From positions 64,789 through 128,788 of the forward strand of contig CAVPJW010000004.1 of assembly GCA_963705525.1 (NCBI GenBank): a stretch of 64,000 nucleotides of DNA, written 5' to 3'. Positions 58,938 through 64,000 of this stretch are shown piece after piece. Both the position numbers and the translations under genes were made by a program. Every line of letters starts with the position of its first letter. The first letter of the stretch is position 1. Source of the DNA: an uncultured Acidobacteriota bacterium. GTDB lineage: Bacteria > Acidobacteriota > Vicinamibacteria > Vicinamibacterales > CAVPJW01. The notes under the pieces are model-generated. The model did no database searches. It was not told the origin of the DNA and worked only from the letters and a program-made list of their open reading frames with translations.

Positions 58938-59025
58938 AGTTCTTGGTTCTGGGTTCTTAGTTCTTTGTTCTACTAAGCACGAAGCACCAAGAACTAAGAC
59001 TACTGGTTCTTAGTTCTTAGTGCCC
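58938..59025. repeat. Intergenic array of the same 7-bp motif filling the imuB-dnaE2 spacer: 5 forward, 4 inverted and 3 forward units
   Basis: AGTTCTT GGTTCTG GGTTCTT AGTTCTT TGTTCTA c TAAGCAC GAAGCAC CAAGAAC TAAGACT act GGTTCTT AGTTCTT AGTGCCC. The 11-nt segment aagaactaaga (58989-58999) is complementary to both 58955-58965 and 59008-59018. Confidence 0.9.
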
Positions 59026-59028
59026 TCG

Positions 59029-60393
59029 TCAATCGATCGTGCCCTCGATGGCCCAGCGGTTCAGTTCGCGATCGCGGGACACGCGATAGACCCCGCCATC
59101 GCTGAGCTCCACATCCCATTCGTCGTGATCCCACGATCGCACCGGCGTCCGTGGCCGCCACCACGCTCCTGACGTGCGCCAGGGCCCGATCGCACAGGCC
59201 ACCATCCCGCCGCTCATGCCACGGCGGTCGGTGGCGATCCGCACCGGCCGATCCTGGGACACGCTGACTCTGGCCGGGATGGGCAACCGGAACCGGCGGA
59301 CGATCAGCGGGCGCGTCGAGCGGGCCGACTCGAGAAGCACACGCGCGGGCGGCATCCTGGTGTCAGGCTTCCGATCGACGGCGTCCAGGAAATTCACCAT
59401 GTCGAAGGCCCCGGGTCGATGGGAATCCACGAGCCGGGGTGCGCCCACGCGCGACTCCCCCATCAATGCCGTGAGCCGTGCCAGGAGCGTTGCCAGGGCT
59501 TCTGCTGATGGACGCGCCCGTGTGAGGAGCGACCATTGCCACACGCGGGCAGGCGTGGGATCGATGGCGATCTGGACGCGATCGATTCCGGCCGGCGGAG
59601 GATGCGACTCGAGATCGAGCAGCGCCAACGTGCGAAGGACGCGCGGATCCCGAAGGGGCGTAGGAAGCTCGAGACGCCGGACGTGCTCGGCGCGCGTGAC
59701 CAGGCGCAGCGCGACGTGGAGCGTCGCCGCTCCGCGATCGCGTCGTTCGAGACGATCGCAGACCGCGTCGAACAGTCGTCCCAGCACGAACGACAATGGC
59801 TCGAGGCCTTCGATGGGCCATTCCAGATCGAGAGCCGCTTCGAACCGTTCTTCGGGCACCGACGCGACGAGTGGTCGACCGTCTTCCCCTCGGGCCAGAC
59901 GCTGCCAAACGAGCCCGGTTTGTCCCAGTCGCTCCGACAACCCGGACGCGGGCAATCGGGCGAGATCGCCGCACGCCTTGAGTCCCCAGCGCCGCAGGGT
60001 CGTCAGCGTGTCGTGCCCGACTTCCGGGGCATCGGGGCGCGTGCTGATCAGCACAAACACACGTTCGAGCACCTGTAGTGGAATACGCGCCAGCGCCGCG
60101 GCGTCCTCTCCATCGGGCACGATCGTCACGCCTCGTCTGCCGTGCGCCAGCAGCATGGCCGTCGCACGACCACCGGCGATCGCCACGTCCAGATCGATCC
60201 CGCGTGCGATCGACTCGCGTCGAATGGCCTCGCCGATCGCGGCAGGGGTTCCAAACATCCGCCGGAGGCCGCTCACGTCGAGCGTGACGACATCAGGCGC
60301 ATGGACCTCGATGCGCGGCGAAAAATCGCGCGCGACGCCCGGCAGCGCCTCAGGTGCGACCGATGATGCCGGGGAACGGAGACAGGCGAACAT
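59029..60393 (-). CDS. imuB: ImuB, Y-family-polymerase-like mutasome subunit
   Basis: MFACLRSP...FSPRIEVHAPDVVTLDVSGLRRMFG is a typical ImuB N-terminus. The ATG at 60393 lies 1 nt after the imuA stop. The ORF opens at 60411. Confidence 0.85.
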   Translation of the reverse strand: MFACLRSPASSVAPEALPGVARDFSPRIEVHAPDVVTLDVSGLRRMFGTPAAIGEAIRRESIARGIDLDVAIAGGRATAMLLAHGRRGVTIVPDGEDAAALARIPLQVLERVFVLISTRPDAPEVGHDTLTTLRRWGLKACGDLARLPASGLSERLGQTGLVWQRLARGEDGRPLVASVPEERFEAALDLEWPIEGLEPLSFVLGRLFDAVCDRLERRDRGAATLHVALRLVTRAEHVRRLELPTPLRDPRVLRTLALLDLESHPPPAGIDRVQIAIDPTPARVWQWSLLTRARPSAEALATLLARLTALMGESRVGAPRLVDSHRPGAFDMVNFLDAVDRKPDTRMPPARVLLESARSTRPLIVRRFRLPIPARVSVSQDRPVRIATDRRGMSGGMVACAIGPWRTSGAWWRPRTPVRSWDHDEWDVELSDGGVYRVSRDRELNRWAIEGTID

Positions 60394-60394
60394 C

Positions 60395-61105
60395 CTAGAG
60401 CCCGCGTGCATGCACCACGCGCGGCTCGATCGCGGGTGGAGAAAAGATGCGCGGTCGGAGAACGACCTGGGGGCGTGCCGTTTGCGACAGCGCGACGGTC
60501 AAGCCGCCGGCGCTCCGTGCCGTGGGTTCCACTCCCATCAACAGGCACACCGTTTCGGTGCCTTCGATCACGCGCTGGAGCCGCATCCACGTGGTGAACG
60601 GCACGCGCTTGATGACCTGCGCCGGCAGATCGACGAGATCCAGCGCCACGAGTCCGAAATGTCCCGTCTGCAGCACGAGATTGAGCGCCTTGAGCGCGCG
60701 GTCGAGAGCCGTGTGGAAGCCGCCCCATTCCTGCGCCAGGCTCGCCCGCGCCGACGACATCGCCTGCCCGCGAATCCAGAGCAGGTGCGCCAGATCGATC
60801 CCCGCCGCAGCCGCCGATTCCGGGTCGAGACTGTCAACCGTATCGACGATCGCCACGAGTTCACCGCGATCGATGGCAGCGGCAGACGATGACAGGAGAA
60901 GGCTGGTGCGGCCCGATGATCGCGGGCCGACGAGATCGGAAATCTGTCCACGCGGCCAGCCGCCTTTCAGCTGAAGGTCGAGTTCGGAAAGGCCCGTTGA
61001 GGCGCTGGGCCAGTCGTCGTGCGCGACTTTTCGAGTGGTCAGCGTGTGATCGAGCTTTCGATCACCCAGTAACGTTTCGAGGTGGGCCCGAGTCGTCTGT
61101 GTCAT
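60395..61105 (-). CDS. imuA: ImuA, RecA/SulA-like mutasome subunit
   Basis: I chose the internal ATG at 61105 (236 aa). It carries a degenerate P-loop GQISDLVGPRSSGRTSLLLS. It is the first gene of the imuA-imuB-dnaE2 arrangement. Confidence 0.75.
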   Translation of the reverse strand: MTQTTRAHLETLLGDRKLDHTLTTRKVAHDDWPSASTGLSELDLQLKGGWPRGQISDLVGPRSSGRTSLLLSSSAAAIDRGELVAIVDTVDSLDPESAAAAGIDLAHLLWIRGQAMSSARASLAQEWGGFHTALDRALKALNLVLQTGHFGLVALDLVDLPAQVIKRVPFTTWMRLQRVIEGTETVCLLMGVEPTARSAGGLTVALSQTARPQVVLRPRIFSPPAIEPRVVHARGL

Positions 61106-61122
61106 CGCGACTTTCGCTTTTT

Positions 61123-61138
61123 GTTCGCTGCCGCGAAC
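61123..61138. promoter_or_regulatory. Palindrome GTTCGCTGCCGCGAAC overlapping the -10 element and downstream region (candidate repressor/SOS operator)
   Basis: A perfect GTTC-N8-GAAC inverted repeat read from the sequence. A second element, GAAC-N8-GAAC, is at 61170-61185, just upstream of the -35. Confidence 0.3.
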
Positions 61139-61165
61139 TATAGCGCAGGGCTGGATCCGGATCAA
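61137..61165 (-). promoter_or_regulatory. Candidate sigma70 promoter of imuA-imuB-dnaE2
   Basis: In gene orientation: TTGATC, a 17-nt spacer, then TATAGT. The -10 element ends about 31 nt upstream of the imuA ATG. Confidence 0.5.
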
Positions 61166-61253
61166 GCGCGAACTTGTGGAAGAACGTCCGTGAGCGGCGT
61201 GTTTAAGGGGGAAGTAACTGACACGTGATAAGATACGGCTCTCCCCTCCTCGC

Positions 61254-62522
61254 TTGGCCGAATCCCTAACCGCTGACGCCCCGGCGGACGAGCCCGCCAG
61301 TTCCAGCCAGCGCGTGTTTCGCCGGCTGGCCGCCGCCCTGAGGTATCGCGATTTCCGGGTCCTCTGGTTCGGGGCCTTCACCTCCAGCGTGGGCACCTGG
61401 ATGCAGAGCGTGGCCGAAAACTGGCTGGTGCTCACGGTGACGGGCTCGGCGTTCTTCCTGGGCCTCGACGCCTTCCTGCAGCAACTTCCCATCATGCTTT
61501 TCACGCTGATCGGCGGCGTCGTCGCCGACCGGCGGGATCGGCGTCGCACGCTGCTGACGTCCCAATACATCCAGATGGCCAGCGCCTTCACGCTCGCGGC
61601 GCTCGTGTACTTCCAGGTGGTTCACATCTGGCACATTCTGGCGCTGTCGTTCACCACGGGTTGTGCGCAGGCGTTCGGCGGACCCGCTTATCAATCGCTC
61701 GTCCCCTCGCTCGTCGAAAAACGCGACCTGCCCAATGCGATCGCGCTCAACTCCATCCAGTTCAACCTGGCGCGCGTCGTCGGACCGCTGCTTGCCGGCG
61801 CGGCGCTGGCCGCCTTCGGGATGGTGTCGTGCTTCGGCCTGAACGGCCTGTCCTTTCTGGTCGTCATCGTCGCGCTGATGTCGCTGCACGTGAAACATGT
61901 CGCGCCCCTGTCGACGCAGAGCATGCTCACCGAGCTCCGCGGAGGCTTTTCGTACGTGCGCGGGGAAGGCAGCATCATGGCGTTGACGGTGCTCGCGGCG
62001 GCCACGACATTTCTGGGATTTCCGCTGCTGACGTTTCTGCCGCTCTTCGCGCAGCGCGTGTTCCACGAAGGGGTCGGCCAGTACAGCCGCCTCATGGCGT
62101 TTTCCGGTGCGGGCGCCGTGTGCGGGGCACTGCTCGTCGCGTGGCTCGGCCGATTCAAGCGAATGGGACTGGCGGCGCTCCTGGTGCAGCTGCTCTTCGG
62201 GGCGCTCGTGATCGGATTCTCGCTGTCACGCGTGCTGTGGCTCAGCTACCTGCTGCTGTTCCTGTGCGGTGGAGCGCTGGTGATCGTGTTTTCACTCATC
62301 ACGTCGCTGGTGCAGCTGATGGCTCCCAATGAAATGCGGGGGCGCGTGATGAGCATCTACATGGTCGCGTTCCGGGGCGGGATGCCGCTCGGCAGCCTGG
62401 CGAGCGGATATTTTGCGAGCCTTACGTCGGCGCCGCTGGTTCTGACCGTGAACGGGGCGTTGCTGATGGTCGTGGCCACCTACTTCGTCATTCGCAACCA
62501 TGGCATCAAGGAGTGCGAGTAG
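61254..62522 (+). CDS. MFS transporter (EntS-like MFS_3 type)
   Basis: 422 aa, about 12 TM helices, with FRVLWFGAFTSSVGTWMQSVAENWLVL and GGVVADRRDRRR. Confidence 0.85.
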   Translation: MAESLTADAPADEPASSSQRVFRRLAAALRYRDFRVLWFGAFTSSVGTWMQSVAENWLVLTVTGSAFFLGLDAFLQQLPIMLFTLIGGVVADRRDRRRTLLTSQYIQMASAFTLAALVYFQVVHIWHILALSFTTGCAQAFGGPAYQSLVPSLVEKRDLPNAIALNSIQFNLARVVGPLLAGAALAAFGMVSCFGLNGLSFLVVIVALMSLHVKHVAPLSTQSMLTELRGGFSYVRGEGSIMALTVLAAATTFLGFPLLTFLPLFAQRVFHEGVGQYSRLMAFSGAGAVCGALLVAWLGRFKRMGLAALLVQLLFGALVIGFSLSRVLWLSYLLLFLCGGALVIVFSLITSLVQLMAPNEMRGRVMSIYMVAFRGGMPLGSLASGYFASLTSAPLVLTVNGALLMVVATYFVIRNHGIKECE

Positions 62523-62616
62523 CGTCGGGGGTGCTCGTGCTTGACACCGACGCGTCGGGATCGTAACTTCCTTACCTTCGCGGACCTGATCGGTCGGCGA
62601 TTCCAACCAAATAACA

Positions 62617-63834
62617 ATGATTCGTACTCTCTTCGTGCTCATGCTTGGCGTGCTCGCCTTCGCCGATCCGGTGGATGCGCAGCAGACGCGTCAGGAAGAC
62701 ATCGAAAAACAGCGCACCGAAAAAGCCAAGTCGCTCGAGCCTTACAAGCCCGGCAAGCTCGAATCGATTGCGCTGTACATGGAAGACAGCCGCCTGCTCG
62801 AAAAGCTGCAGGGTCCGAACGTCATCTTTCCGGTGTTCGGTCTGGGTGGCGACACGGCCGGGGCAGGATTTGCGGGTGGCATCCTGGCACGGCACAAGAT
62901 CTTCGGCGACCACGGATCGCTTCGAGGTCTCGGCGCCGTGTCGATTCGAAGCTACTACTTTGTGGCCGGTCAGCTCGTGTTTCCTCGATTGGCCGGCGAT
63001 CACCTCGAGCTCGGCGTGGGCGGACGCTATCGCTATTACCCGCAACAGGACTTCTACGGCCTCGGTCCGAATTCGACCGAGGACGAGCGCAGCGACTACC
63101 TGTTTGAATCGACCGACTACAGCGGGTGGGCAACCGTTCGGCCGACGTCGTGGTTCCAGGTTGGCACGCGCATCTGGAGCCTGCAAAACCTCCGAATCGG
63201 CACCGGCACCGACTCGCGATTTCCCTCGACCGAGGAGGTCTTCACACCGGTAGAGGCTCCCGGCATCAACGAACAGCCCGATTACCTGCAGAGCGACGGC
63301 TTCATCGCCATCGACTATCGCGACCAACCCGGCAACCCGAGAAAGGGCGGCCTCTACCGGACGACGTGGAGTCACTACGACGATCGCGATTTCAACCGAT
63401 ACAGCTTCAACCGGTTCGAGGCGGTCCTGCAGCAGTACATTCCCATCTTCGATCGCAAACGGGTGTTCGCGTTCCGCGGCTCGATCATCACGACAGATCC
63501 GGTCGGTGGCCAGGCCGTTCCTTTCTACTTTCAACCCTCACTTGGTGGCGCCCGGTTTCTGCGTGGCTATCCTGACTTCAGATTCCGCGATCTCAATGCC
63601 GTGACGCTGACGGGCGAGTATCGGTGGGAAGCGTTCGCGGGTCTGGACATGGCGCTTTTCTACGAGACGGGAGAGGTCGGGCCCACACGTCGTCAGCTCG
63701 ACTTCAAGAATTTCAAGCACGATTATGGCATCGGGTTCCGGTTCAACACGTTCCGCGCCGTGTTCCTGCGCTTCGAGGTGGCGCGCGGCGACGAAGGCAC
63801 GCGGCTGTTCGCGGCGTTTTCCAACGTCTTCTGA
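62617..63834 (+). CDS. Outer-membrane beta-barrel protein (bacterial surface antigen/BamA-like barrel, no POTRA seen)
   Basis: It has a signal peptide MIRTLFVLMLGVLAFADPVDAQ and alternating barrel-like sequence. The C-terminus is ...RLFAAFSNVF. Confidence 0.55.
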   Translation: MIRTLFVLMLGVLAFADPVDAQQTRQEDIEKQRTEKAKSLEPYKPGKLESIALYMEDSRLLEKLQGPNVIFPVFGLGGDTAGAGFAGGILARHKIFGDHGSLRGLGAVSIRSYYFVAGQLVFPRLAGDHLELGVGGRYRYYPQQDFYGLGPNSTEDERSDYLFESTDYSGWATVRPTSWFQVGTRIWSLQNLRIGTGTDSRFPSTEEVFTPVEAPGINEQPDYLQSDGFIAIDYRDQPGNPRKGGLYRTTWSHYDDRDFNRYSFNRFEAVLQQYIPIFDRKRVFAFRGSIITTDPVGGQAVPFYFQPSLGGARFLRGYPDFRFRDLNAVTLTGEYRWEAFAGLDMALFYETGEVGPTRRQLDFKNFKHDYGIGFRFNTFRAVFLRFEVARGDEGTRLFAAFSNVF

Positions 63835-63845
63835 CGGAGCCCGAC

Positions 63846-64000
63846 ATGGAGCGAATCAAGACACGAACACCATCGCAGCGCGTCGGATTGTGGTTGAGAG
63901 CCGCCGGCACCGGTGGAGTCCTCTCGATTGGCCTGCTGGCCTGGACCCTTGTGGCGCGCGGAGCGTCTCCGAAGTTTTATCCCGACGACCCGATCGCCAG
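63846..64000 (+). CDS. Start of an unidentified membrane-anchored protein (runs off the window)
   Basis: ATG at 63846, reading MERIKTRTPSQRVGLWLRAAGTGGVLSIGLLAWTLVARG..., open to the window end. Confidence 0.3.
   Translation, partial: MERIKTRTPSQRVGLWLRAAGTGGVLSIGLLAWTLVARGASPKFYPDDPIA

Noticed and set aside
61106-61253. A search for a canonical GTTC-N7-GTTC or GAAC-N4-GTTC LexA box upstream of imuA.
   Set aside because: No exact match is present. Only N8-spaced elements occur, and these are reported as low-confidence candidates instead.
61106-61591. An N-terminal extension that would make imuA 398 aa.
   Set aside because: The extension is Arg/Ser-rich nonsense. It runs through the promoter-like region and into the divergent MFS gene. 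The internal ATG at 61105 gives a typical ~236-aa ImuA.
1-64000. A scan for tRNA, rRNA, CRISPR arrays, transposases, integrases and long inverted or direct repeats marking mobile elements.
   Set aside because: I recognised none by eye. The only toxin-antitoxin pair (VapBC) has no accompanying mobility genes.

Overview
This is a GC-rich bacterial chromosomal segment with about 55 protein genes. I found no rRNA, tRNA, CRISPR array, transposase or integrase. The gene content suggests an Acidobacteriota-like soil bacterium, but that is inference: Ser/Thr kinases fused to TolB-type beta-propellers, a CarboxypepD_reg-type TonB receptor, and many Tat-exported oxidoreductases. All functional calls rest on sequence motifs I recognise by eye, not on searches.

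Layout along the window:
- 1-2.1 kb: a B12-binding radical SAM enzyme, RiPP-maturase-like, cut by the window edge. A tightly coupled 29-codon polylysine ORF and a strong terminator follow it.
- 2.1-6.5 kb: a minus-strand run of a secreted protein, a cytoplasmic papain-like C1 peptidase and a Ser/Thr kinase-TolB fusion.
- 7-11.4 kb: a histidine kinase, a FixJ-type regulator, a lone receiver domain and an OprO/P-type porin.
- 11.5-22.8 kb: VapBC, RidA, a HAF-like repeat protein, a wHTH-FHA regulator, a second kinase-TolB gene, a TonB-receptor-like gene, a radical SAM remnant and a stand-alone M41 peptidase domain.
- 23-27.5 kb: a GT2 / NeuD-like acetyltransferase / GT39-like glycosylation module.
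- 29-45 kb: redox and sulfur genes, including peroxiredoxin, three SUOX-fold molybdoenzymes (one is MsrPQ), YeeE/YedE, a YeiH-like protein, Kef and a SoxCD-like pair. Two tandem paralogous secreted proteins of unknown function also sit here.
- 45-55 kb: a SpoIID-like protein, a signal-peptide triple-RidA fusion, a DUF4097 protein, and a radical SAM / hypothetical / metallophosphoesterase / amidohydrolase run.
- 55.5-61.1 kb: the imuA-imuB-dnaE2 mutagenesis cassette.
- 61.2-64 kb: an MFS transporter and an outer-membrane barrel protein.

Most notable observations:
- Three arrays of an AT-rich 7-bp unit (WGTKCTT) occur only in the imuB-dnaE2 locus. Two lie in-frame inside dnaE2, and their degenerate positions fall exactly where stop codons would otherwise arise.
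- A polylysine micro-ORF is coupled to the radical SAM enzyme.
- At least nine reading-frame breaks cluster between 7 and 22.5 kb. They could be real gene decay or assembly indels; I cannot tell from the sequence alone.
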